DNA from: the human T2T-CHM13v2.0 reference genome, Homo sapiens
NCBI RefSeq assembly: GCF_009914755.1
Contig: NC_060939.1
Strand: one strand, 5' to 3'
DNA: 64,000 nucleotides
The notes under the pieces were generated by a model. It saw only the letters and a list, made by a program, of their open reading frames with translations. It was not told where the DNA came from and did not search any database. The position numbers and the translations under genes were made by a program. Within the stretch, counting starts at the first letter, position 1. Each line of letters begins with the position of its first letter. Below are positions 13,680 to 25,144 of this stretch, piece by piece.

Positions 13680-14410
13680 ATACAGATGACAAATAAGCAT
13701 GTGAAAAGATGCTCAACATTATTAGTCATTAGGCAAATGCAAATTAAGACCACGATGAGACATCCTGCAAACTTATTAGAATGCCTAAATTAAAAACAAA
13801 AAGAAAAACTGACAATACCAAACCCTGGATGGGTGAGCAACTACAACTCTCATCTACACTGCTAGTGGAATGTAAATGGGACAGCCACTATAGATGACAG
13901 TTTGGCAGTTTCTTACAAAGTTAAATATACACTCACCACATGACTCAATCCTAGGTATTTACTGAAGTGAAATGAAAACCTGTGTTCACACAAAAACCTG
14001 TAAGGGAATGTTTATAGCATCTTTATTCATAATTGCAAAAAAATAAAACCCAAATGTCCTTCAACTGGAGAACAGATAACCAAACTGTGGCACATCCATG
14101 CAATGTAATACTTATTCAGCAATAAAAATGAATTACTGCTATACTCAACATCATGGATTAATCCCAAATGTATTCATTATGCTAAGTGTAAGAAGCCAGA
14201 TTCAACAACGTATTATGATTTCATTTATATGACATTCTGGAAAAGGCAAAACTATATGGAGAAGAGATCAGTAGTTATTAAGGGTTAAGGGTTTGACGGT
14301 AATGGTTAGCACAAGGGTCACATAAAGGAATTTTTTTGGGAAGTGAAAGAAATGTTCTGTATTTTGATTGTGGTGACAGTTACACGACTATTTGTCAAAA
14401 CTCACAGATG
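13680..14410 (+). mobile_element. Old L1M (MB/MC/ME-like) 3' region
   Basis: aataagcatgtgaaaagatgctcaacatt...gacattctggaaaaggcaaaactata. Confidence 0.8.
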
Positions 14411-14906
14411 GCCAGAAAAAGATGCGTGTGAACTAATGTCCTTTGGGAGTCTGTGGCCTCTTTCTTACATTCAGAATGCAGCTAGCACATAGTAGGCTGC
14501 TCACATCCACTCTGCCACCTATGCTGTGGCGAAGATGAACTGAGCTAGTGGAGCTCATTCATTGATAGCATTGATAGGTTTGTTTTCAATCCACAGGTTA
14601 TCAGCACAGTATTCTTCATTAAAGTAGAATCTCAACTTTGCAAACATTTCATCAGTACATTTGAAATTCTTTCCTTAGGGCAACAAGATTATCTCACATG
14701 CTATGTGTATTCAGAATACATATTAATATACAAAATTGTAAATGTAACAGTAAAACTATGTAAAGGAAGCCTGTAAAGCTAATTAACACTAATTTTTTTG
14801 GTGTGTATTTCGCTAATCTTTCCTTAAAGCACTATTTGCCTGTGTTCTATTAGCCAGGTATTGCTTTTACCTGTAATCTGTAACGACTTTTCTGGTATCC
14901 CTGCAG

Positions 14907-15071
14907 ACTCTTCTGGCATCGGAGGAGCTGCCCCATGTCTATGAACAATCTGCATGGGGTGCAGAAGAGTTAGGCCCCTTCCTACGTTTGTGCCTTATGG
15001 ATCAGAATTTCCCAGCATTTGTGGAAGAGGTAGAAAAGGAACTGAAAAAGCTGGCGGGTTTGAGAAATTAA
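14907..15071 (+). CDS. REC114: REC114 last coding exon (C-terminal helical domain)
   Basis: ctgcag|ACT; TLLASEELPHVYEQSAWGAEELGPFLRLCLMDQNFPAFVEEVEKELKKLAGLRN-TAA. Confidence 0.97.
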   Translation, partial: TLLASEELPHVYEQSAWGAEELGPFLRLCLMDQNFPAFVEEVEKELKKLAGLRN

Positions 15072-15147
15072 TGCTCTATATACATATATAACTAAGGAAC
15101 TTCAAAGTATTGAAAATGCTTCCTCCTAAAATTAAAGAAGATATTAG

Positions 15148-15153
15148 AATAAA
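15148..15153 (+). terminator. REC114: REC114 poly(A) signal AATAAA (ATTAAA also at 15131-15136)
   Basis: Canonical hexamer 77 nt after the stop, followed by a U-rich element at ~15172-15192. Confidence 0.85.
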
Positions 15154-15183
15154 GAGTATTATCCAAACACCTTTTATCAATGT

Positions 15184-15189
15184 TTTATT
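15184..15189 (-). terminator. NPTN: NPTN distal poly(A) signal AATAAA
   Basis: tttatt on the + strand at the end of the NPTN 3'UTR. Confidence 0.85.
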
Positions 15190-15772
15190 TTTAAAAACAG
15201 GTGAATCCACTTTTTTATACATCATTGCACTTCAATAATTACACAAAACACACAAGTACATGCATCTACAATTACGCACCGCATGAGAACCGTTAGGTTA
15301 TAAAATCTATCATCAACCAGTAAATCAATGTGAAAAAATACAGTGTCAAACCAAAAAGTATAACTATAGTTGCATAGAATATTACCATGCTATAACATTT
15401 CAAGGTCATTGGAAACAAAAGAAAAATTATAAAAGTTTGCCTTGATTGAATGAATGTACAAGAATAAGGTTCAACACATCAGTGCAAAAGGATTTATGAA
15501 TTTACATGACTTAACAGAAGAAAAGATAATCACTTAAAAAGCAATCATACGTATATACTGCAATTCATTATACCCATTCAGTGGACTGTTCCAGCTTATT
15601 AAAGTCACAGGTTAAGCCCTTAAAATTATAGATTTCAGTTTATATTACTCATCTTTATGTACCAGAACTGCACAATTTCCTCATCTGACAACATACAATA
15701 AGGAATGAATATCAGCAGCTTAAAAATGAAACAAGCATTTACTTTATTTTGGATTTCTCCCACCCCCAAAAA

Positions 15773-15811
15773 TATAAATATATATATATATATATTTATA
15801 TACTGTATATA
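15773..15811. repeat. (TA)n microsatellite in NPTN 3'UTR
   Basis: tataaatatatatatatatatatttatata. Confidence 0.9.
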
Positions 15812-16550
15812 TCTGTAGGTTTTGCTGTACTTTACAAAAGTGTATCACTAGATGGCAGCAGTGCATTTTAGAGCTTTGCCAATTTAACAGCTGCATTAAG
15901 TAAAAAATGGCGCATGCATGATCTGATCCTCAGAGGACCTTTTCACTTCTATTTAAATATTTTAACAAAGGAAAAAAAAAAGCAACATTCACAGCACATC
16001 AAGCCCAAAATAGTTTACACCTTCTACACTGAAGCATTGTTTAAAATGTACCTGGCTAGATCACCCTTACAGGAGAGGCTAAATAAGGCATGCTTTAGAC
16101 AGTCATTGTGGTGTTGCTCACTTGAAAGGGGAGAGAACCAAAGAGGTCCAAGCAGAAAATTTTAGCAGGTCATGTTGCCACCAGTTTCAGGAACCTAAAG
16201 ATCTGTAAAGAAATATGTATTTGGAAATTATAAAGGGATTATGCACTGTCACTCACAACTACACCGTGTGCCACACAAAACTTTGGTTCAAACAGCACGC
16301 TCAGGGATGTGGTGTGAAATTCTGATCTCCATATGCCTAACAAGATGACATTCTGGCCCTGCTGCTACCTGGCCATTCTTGTCTTGCCCCCAGACGTGAG
16401 GTAAGACTAGTAGGCCTCTGGGAATAAGCCACCTAAGAAGGTGACAATTTTCACCTCTTTGTAAAGATATAATAGTAGTGAAAAGTGTTGATTTTAAAAT
16501 ATGTCTTCTGAAATGGCATTTATATAAACATGTGACACAATGCACCTGAT

Positions 16551-16890
<340 letters not shown>

Positions 16891-17063
16891 CTAAACTGGG
16901 CAGACAGAACTGGCTTCATCAGTATCAGCTGCTCTGAAATGAACTAAAATATCTTATAACACCAATTACTGAAGAATTTGTAACAAGGTCAATAGAGGCA
17001 CATTCATTTGAATATAATTTTTAAGACTGCTACAGAAGGCCATACTTACATTGTAAGCAGTAC

Positions 17064-17124
17064 TTAATTTGTGTTTCTCTGGCGCAAGTTTTTATCTTTG
17101 TGATTGTTGGTAGAGTTGGTTTTC
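17064..17124 (-). CDS. NPTN: NPTN exon 8 coding part (exon spans 17050-17124)
   Basis: cctccaaag|G AAA ACC; (M)KTNSTNNHKDKNLRQRNTN-TAA; gtaagt donor 14 nt after the stop. Confidence 0.96.
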
Positions 17125-17287
17125 CTTTGGAGGAAAAATTGCATTACATGAGTTAAACTCAGTCAATAACTTTTCAAAGTATAACACATGGAAATACAGG
17201 GACTCTTTCACTTACTGCCATCCCTGGTGTAGTGAGAAATTTTGTGGCACAATATGAGTGCATAAAAAAACATTCCTTAAGTAGCTA

Positions 17288-17525
17288 CAGGTTAAGTATC
17301 CCTCATCTGAAATGCTTGGGATCAGAAATGTTTCAGATTTTGAATTTTTTTAGATTTTGGAATATCTGCATTATACTTACCAGTTCAGCATCCCTAATCT
17401 GAAAATCCAAAATTCAAAATGCTCCAATGAGCATTTCCTTTGAGCCTCATGTGAGCACACAAAAAAAACTTCAGATTTTGGAGCATTTCAGATTATGGAT
17501 TTTGGTAGTAGGTAGACTCAACCTG
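17288..17525. mobile_element. Tigger4a/MER46-like DNA transposon
   Basis: TIRs caggttaagtatccc...gactcaacctg with TA target duplication. Confidence 0.85.
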
Positions 17526-17867
17526 TATATACCTCATTTTATCCTCCTTTTGACCCCCAAGGCAGACGAGTACTTTCCCTTCGAATCCGGAACTATAATT
17601 ACGATACAGGTGAGAATATGTAAAACTTTTCTCCACTGAACACAACACCACTGTCCCTTCTTGATAAAAGGTAATCATAAGCTGGCAGTGCTGGGCCCTC
17701 TGGTACTTAACAAATTTGGGTGCTGTTTGTCTGCTTCTCACTCTTTAGTCCAACTCTAGGAGATTCTGCCGATCTTAGATTGATTCCATACCTGCAGTAC
17801 CCTCTCTCTTGGATACGAGCAATTGTTAATGGGGCTAGACAGTTTATCCAGGCTACAGTTCAGCCTC

Positions 17868-18064
17868 AAATTGCATTACATGAGTTAAACTCGGTCAGTA
17901 ACAACTTTTGAAAGTATAACACATGGAAATACAGGGACCCTTTTACTACCATCCCTGGTGTAGTGAGAAATTTTGTGGCACAATATGAGTGCATAAAAAA
18001 ACATTCCTTAAGTAGCTACAGGTTGAGTATTCCTCATCTGAAATGCTTGGGATCAGAAACGTTT
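17868..18064 (+). repeat. ~197-bp direct copy of 17136-17333
   Basis: Near-identical aaattgcattacatgagttaaactc...gcttgggatcagaaa. Confidence 0.95.
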
Positions 18065-18390
18065 TAACATTGACAAAACCGGGAGCCTCAGATATACTGG
18101 CCATTTCCCCCACATTTTAAGTATATCAAATACACAAAATTTGAAAAAAAAAAAAAGTTTTTTGCATGGTATTCCACTTTGTATGGCCACTGGAAAACAA
18201 GACTGCATAACCTATCCTGAGAATCAAGTGGTTTTTAGTCAGATCTGTGTCAAGCTAAGAAATCTACACTGCAACCTTCATTTCCACTCACTGTCTTCCC
18301 CTCCAATCTTAGCTACTCCATTTGATTAAACTGCAAACACAACATCATTCAATCAGATACTGTTGAATCAATGTCCAATAAAGTACTTAC

Positions 18391-18412
18391 ATTGGTCCAG
18401 CTGGTTCATCAT
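18391..18412 (-). CDS. NPTN: NPTN exon 7 micro-exon (22 nt; 10 nt with the internal acceptor)
   Basis: catgtag|ATGATGAACCAG|CTGGACCAAT|gtaagt; encodes DDEP-AGPM. Confidence 0.95.
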
Positions 18413-21400
18413 CTACATGGTGTTCAGTTTTTTAAAAATCCATGAGAGATAAGAGAAGAAAGGAGAAAACTGTTAGATTCTGCATAAGGATTAACAGAAT
18501 AGCAAACTGCAAGTGGCAATCATGGCTACTCACAGCATTTATTAAAGGCCATTCCATCTGGAGGTGCAAAACACTCATGGAGTTATTATTTCTAGATTCA
18601 AGTTTAAATGGCAGGTATGTTGTTTCAATGGTTTTAGTTAACACTTTGAATGCTTGTCATGAAAAACTGCAACTGTAGCGGACAGATAGGCTGCAACATT
18701 GTTATACTCATCTTGTCCCCAAGTTCCAGTGGTTCACTCTTAAATAGATGAGAAGACAAACCAACATTTCAGTTGTAAAATCCTGCTGTTTGTTTTCTTG
18801 TGGTGAATGCATGCAGTTTTGGCTCAATCCTGCAATGTGAATGGATGTGTACCATCTGTACATTTAGCCACACATCCTCACTTCCCCAAAGGGCACTCTG
18901 TTTTTCTTGCTGTTTTGTAATCTTTAGAAGAGTCTTTAGTCTGGAGAATGAGATTGAGAAGAGGCAATCACAATAGTTCAACCTAAATTGGGTCAGCCGT
19001 GCTGGGCTATGCCAGCAACAAGTGTATGTATACCAGAGGATGTTCTGTGACACACCGAGGAAAGCTGAACAGTGGTGACATCCCTCTAGAAAAGACTTCA
19101 GAAAGACAGGCTCACTCCTGTGCCCTGGCCAAAACCAGAAGCCAAACCCAGGGGAGCCATGAGATAACTTTTTTAAAATCAAAAAGCTGACATTATATGA
19201 GTTTAAGCCTTCTTAAATTGATACTTTATGATTCTGATTTATAAGTCTTTCGTGTTTCAACTAAGTGCAACTTGATCCCCTTTAAGCAGAGATACACATT
19301 CACAGAGAGAGAATGTTTTAAAAAGACCCACAAGGGGAAGGGAACAAGTAAGTGCTCTTAGTTTGTTTTTATTATACAAAAGTCAGGTAAACTAAATGAT
19401 TCAGAACAGTTTGATTTCACTGAAGGCTTCTAGAAAAATTCTCAGCAGGATTCCACAAGGGGGCTTGGTGCACATGAAGCAGTTATGGAGATTACAGTCT
19501 CAGTGTAGGCATCTGCAGGAGCACATGTCGGGAGTAATGTCTGTCAGAGGGAGACATTGCTCCACCTGTTCCTTCGAGGCAACGGAGAGGCAAAGCCACC
19601 GCCAGCACACACAGTGACTGGAGCAAAAAAGGATTTCAAAAAAAAGAACTAACCACAAACCAATGACTCATCAGCCAAAACAATAGGCTAGCGACACACT
19701 AGTGTCCACAGGAGTCCACTACTAACAACAGTATACACTATCAAACGGGTACAGAGAACAAACTAAGACTTAAGGACACCCAAGACATCTGTGTGCTGTG
19801 TATGCAGTGGAGAGATACAAAGACATACCAGGTACTAAGACACAAAAGCCCAGCCTAAATTCTCCCCTCACAACATCCTAATGCTCAGCATCCCGGCCAA
19901 GCCAGCTCAGCTACATGCTAGGAACTAAGCACTTTGGGGATTTAAATGAAAAGACATAGGAGCAAACTTGGAATACTTTTAGTGCTCTGGCTGTGCACTC
20001 GAAAATACAAAATTCTAATGCAAGAGAGCCGAATCAAGAATACACCAATCTACTCCCAAATTTAAAATAAAAAGCAGGGGAGGGAGAATCGCAATAGCCA
20101 GGCTAATCTTTTCAAAGCATGACACTGTAGGCACCAACCCAAGCACCTCTCACCACGGGCTGTTTTTCCTTTTGGAGTGTGGGTATTCCCTGGTGTCTGA
20201 TTAGTAATGTCACTTTCCAGCCCAACAAGCTGGTAACATGCAAAGGGTTGCATGGAGGTGTTTTAGCGACAGTGCCTCCGGCATAGCTGCCATGCCTGCA
20301 AGTGGGAGCAGTTGAGATTCACAAGGGGGCAAAATCCCAGGAGCCCTCTTCATCTGTCTCCCCAAATCCACTTTCACACTGACAAACAAAAGAGCCTCAT
20401 GTCTTCCCACTCTCCTGGACTGAATCACTATCTGCAGCACCACTCTCCCCTACAGGTCAGACAAAAAAACGACTTGACCCCTAACAGGGAAGTCAGGGGA
20501 GAGGGAAAGAACAGAATTACAGAAAAAAGATACAGAAACCAAAGTAAATGAGGATTAAACAGCAAACTGAAATCCAAATTAGTTGTGAAAGTGAATGAAG
20601 TAAACTTGAAGAAAAGTGTTAACATTATGAACTGTGCATCGTATAGACTGAAGCGGAGATTAAACAAACTCCAAAAGCATGCATATCGCTCACTTACCAC
20701 CATGTTTTAAGGGTTTGATGCAATTGAGGGGGGAAAAAAAAGAAGTCATAGTAACCGACAAATATCAACATACCCCAAACCCTCAGGCCAAAAGATAGCC
20801 AGCTTAAACAATGACTGTTCTCTCCACCTCAGTATTACAGCCACTGGCTAGATGAGAGGAAGAGGACTGGGGGGATAATGGAAACAAGATGCTTCTGGAA
20901 TCCACCTTATGAGAGTGAAGTTACCGGTGGAACTGTAGCACACACTGATTTATCTGCGTGTTCCATCTTCCCAACCGAATGGACCACAGCCCTCACTCCC
21001 CCTATATCCGCCTCATCATCTAGAAGGGGTGCTCTGCAATGTCTAGTAAATAACGGATTGCCTAATACAATATCACCTCCAAAAAGATGGCTTTAAAGTC
21101 CGAATAATGAAGAGTTGACTCTCTGGTCAAAGGTCCTTTGTCACTGCATTCATCTCACTAGAAGGTTTTATGGTTTCTAAATCCACTTAAATTTTGCCTG
21201 ACCTTAGCAGGTTAGCATTAAACCCAAGAGAGACTGAGTTACTTCCTATTTCCTTCCTTGTTTGGTCCTATTGCATTTTCTCCATGAGGTAACTTGTTAT
21301 TGACCCAGATGGCCCCTAGTTAACAGACCAGACACCGAATGCATGTTTTAGGTGTCATTTTAAAAGTCACATTTCTTTTCCAATATCCCTAGTCTGTATA

Positions 21401-22159
21401 AAGCTTCATATGCTACCAAATGTTTTGACCAACGAATAGATTTTGGAACATTAGAACAGCTCTTCATTCTAAAGTGTCTAAAAGAGCTTGGATATATCAG
21501 AGCCACTAAAAATGGCCCCCCAAAAAACCTCAAATATCTTCTCCATCAGTAACTTAAAGAGAGTCCCTTTGACTTGCTTATAAAAAATTATCCCAAGGTA
21601 AAAACAGAAAGTTCTTTTTTGGTACCAGCACTTCTTTTCTTAAATCAGCTCCTGTTTTAATTTGCTGTCTGTGAGGTCACTAAAATATCCAGAAGAACTG
21701 CAGGCCTCAGCAACTAAGTGGGTTCACTCCCCATTCCTCCAGGGCCTGGGGAGGGGAGACTCAGGAGCACAGGCTGACTGCTCCTGGAGTGCAGTCCGCA
21801 GGACACCAACACAGAAGGTGCACCCAAGCAGGTGCCCAGCTGTGACATGGATGGAAGCCTAGAGGCTGCTAGCTTGACCTGGTCTTTTTAGAGAACTATC
21901 ATTTAACATTTTCAGGGAATACAGTCAAGTGGTGAGTCAAGTGAACAAAACAAAGCTCTTATTTGACTCCATGATTCACTTGTTCCTGAAAATACTGAAG
22001 GTAAAGGTGATCTGTAGATTAGTCCACCTACAAGACAACCTAGTGGGCACTGATCCTCAAAGAGACCATACAGGGGACTAAAGGAATGCAGGTGGGTGTT
22101 TTCATGTAGGAAATGGTCTGAGAATACTCCAGTAGGTAAAGAAAAAAGACATGGGGCTT

Positions 22160-24500
22160 TTTTTTTTTTTTTTTAAAGGAAGCAGCTAAACCTCAATCCT
22201 AAGCATTTTCAATGTGAGAAATCTAAATATTTGATTTTCTAGTGAAACATACTTAAACTAAACTATGTAAGTTCAAATTTGTGCTTTTATACTTTTGTAT
22301 TGTTCACTTAGTGCTTTTGTAGTAAGGGGATGAGTTACCAAGAACTCACAGACTGCCCAAAATATGACGACTGTGCATTCATATAAAAAAAGTTCAGTGA
22401 GTCTGAAATGAGCCATGGGTGTATCTTGATAATAAAGTGCTATTTGGCAAAGTAGAAGTATGGCAGGCCTATAAAAAAATTCCCATTTTCCTAATGGTAT
22501 AAAAAAAATCCAACACAGAGCCACAGATGGTTATCTGATAGGTAAACACTTATGACCTCTTAACACTCCCAAGTTTGTGTCAAATATAATGTACCTCTTC
22601 GTTTATTCCAAAAGGAGTGTACGTATATATCTATATGAAAATTTGGGGAGAAGCACATGGGAAGAAAGCAGACAGGTAAGTTTGTCCTTCCTATGGAGTG
22701 CACAGGGGTTGAGGGGAACTGGCTAAAGAAGGAAAAGGCAGAGAAGAAGGAAACTCACCAAAGAACATTCAACTTTTTCTTTTGTTTAATGATTACTTCC
22801 AGGAAAGGAGAAGAAAAGCGGGCAGGGGTGGAAGCAGGATGGAGTTTGAGAGAAAGACAGAAAGAGACAGAGGAGAAAAACAGAATGGAAATACTGGAGC
22901 AAGGGCAGGGTGTGAAGATGGAGAGTGGAGCCTGGCCCACACTGGCTGTCAGGAAGGGAAGGAGAGAAGGCAAACATTGCCATCATTCCAGCATCTCAGA
23001 TTTTTCACCCCAATGCAACAACAACGAAGTAAACGCTGCTTTCATTACAATACTCTCCCAAGAGACTAGAGCAAGGAGGTTTTACTTTGCACTTACCCTG
23101 CCGTCATCTCTTTTAAGGGTAGGATTCGTTCACTGTCTATAATAACTTAGTTTAAAAGAGGTACTTTCCTTCTAGGAAGCTGTTCAGATTTGCTGGCCAC
23201 AGATGTCTCCTATAACAAACTGGTCCCCCATTTGATTTCAGTAACCAAGAAAACTCTTACAAAAAAAGAGCTGCTTCCCTGGGCAGGTGTCTGCACTTGT
23301 CCAACAGAACAATCCTAACCATTTCTCAAATCTAACCTACCACATGCACTGTGATAGCAACCTCATAAGCGCGGTGACTTCTTAGGGCAAAGACTAGACC
23401 TCTGCTGGGAACACGCTAGGCTGCTGCATCACTCTCACCAGTGGCAGCCAGCCTTGCCTTAAAATTTAAAAATCAGGTTCTGAAGTCCATCTCTGCCTTC
23501 TCTTACCTGACTTTTTAGCTTCTCAACCTTTCCAAAAGGCAGGCTGAGGAAGGTGGTATTGGCAAAGCAAAAGCATTCTGGGGGGATAAAAAGGCCCTTT
23601 TCAGGAATGAGGCATAACTGATCCCACAGAGCCAAAGCTGAAAACACACGAAAGACAGGCAACTCTTTCCCTTTACTCCCAGGTCTAAATAAAGGTGCAC
23701 TCTTGCCTTGGGAGTCCTAATATGTAGCAGGAAAGAAATACCTGGAGAGAAAAAGCATTAGGAGTACATGAAATCCCAAAGAAAGCAGGTTCACTTCATA
23801 AAGTAGGAAAGTAAAACTCATGGGGACACTCCCAGGTTGCAGGAAACTAGAGATTCATTTGCAGAGGCCGTCTGCTCCCAGCCAACGTCCTTCCCACGCC
23901 TCTGCCCAGCTCACTGCTGAGTGCACATCTGGAGGGAGTCACCAGATATTGTCAGTGTCATCAACAAACCTCCTCACCAGCCACTCACTCTACTTACTGC
24001 AGGCAGAGAGATTTATAACTGCTGAGAAGAAAGGAAAAGATGGGGAAGGGGCTGTTGCTCTCAAACATGTCCTCCCAGAGAGTCTAAAGCCACTGGCATG
24101 CCTCTGGGGCCACATTCTTTCTGAGGGAGCACCAGATGTCACTTTGTATTCTCCACTGGACAGCCAGCTCTGTGGGGCAGGATACAGCACCACAGGTGCA
24201 CAAACACAGGCCCCAGAACAGCTGGACTACAGCTGGCAACCCCACCATCACCCCGGGTAGGCTACCACTGAGCCCAGGGGCACACCCATCTGTCTAGTCT
24301 AGCCAGGGACAGACTAGTGGTGGTAACAGTCGGCCAATTAATTTCTGTACGCCGGTCATGTTATAGGGTGGGGATGGGGAGCCAGCTGGGAACCTGAAGT
24401 ACTGCAGATACAAGTCTCCATCAGCAGCTTCCCCCTTCACAGGAAAAATCGATCACCAAAAATTTCCCAAGGCTTTTCTGACTCTAGGCATATCCAATAA
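22160..24500 (-). ncRNA. NPTN-IT1: Approximate region of the intronic lncRNA NPTN-IT1 (lncRNA-LET)
   Basis: From memory, an unspliced ~2.3-2.6 kb transcript is annotated in this NPTN intron; ends cannot be derived from sequence alone. Confidence 0.4.
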
Positions 24501-25100
24501 CCTAAGATTTCAGCTCTTGCTCTTTCCAGTGCTCAGTGGTGTGCTGTGGTTCTGCTGCTACCATCTCCTCCCTTCTCTGACCCTAGGCCAGCTTGAGGGC
24601 ACAGCCTCGGGGCATGGACTCCATTTGTTCCGCCTTTGCTATCTCTGTCTTACACTAGATGGGTGGATACATCAGACTCTCCTTTGTCTGTGAGACACAG
24701 ATGGAAAGCCACCCAGCAGAGAGCGCTGGAAACCTATCAAAGGGACCAACCAAGGAACCAAAAGCTGGCTTGTTCCAATGGCTTTTCTGAGAACAGTCTG
24801 ACTGGGCTGGGGCAGTTACCTACAGGGGCTACACCAGGCAACCATGTGACAACCAGTTAGATACCTTAAATCTGCCTGAAAGGCCAGGTGGCCTGCCATC
24901 TTGGGGTGGCTTCTAGGCTTGACTTGGATTCTCCTCAAGCTCAATCTGCCTGATGATCTGTATTGAAGGAGGACAGAGCTGAACAAAGAGACTGACAGCT
25001 GCCCATTCACCACATGGGGCCTGAAAGGCAGATGGGACTAGGGTTTGGAAAACACCCAAACAGAGGGAGAGAGCTAAGGACAGCTCTAGATGGCTAATGC

Positions 25101-25144
25101 AAAAAAAATAAAAATAAAATAAAAATAAAAAATAAAAATAAAAA
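25101..25144. repeat. (A4-6T)n simple repeat
   Basis: aaaaaaaataaaaataaaataaaaataaaaaataaaaataaaaa. Confidence 0.9.

Larger units (their letters stand above)
15165..16202 (-). other. NPTN: NPTN terminal non-coding exon (3'UTR)
   Basis: Acceptor tttctttacag|ATCTTTAGGTTCC; AU-rich UTR; 3' end approximate. Confidence 0.85.

Noticed and set aside
17050-17066. NPTN stop codon upstream of a 3'UTR intron as an NMD trigger
   Set aside because: The junction is only 14 nt past the stop, under the ~50-nt rule
22273-22524. 83-aa ORF in the NPTN-IT1 region as a micropeptide
   Set aside because: GTG start, no recognisable homology, composition typical of U-rich non-coding sequence
22657-23142. 161-aa + strand ORF, longest in the track
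   Set aside because: Arises from a stop-poor purine-rich tract; low-complexity K/E/R/G with no recognisable domain
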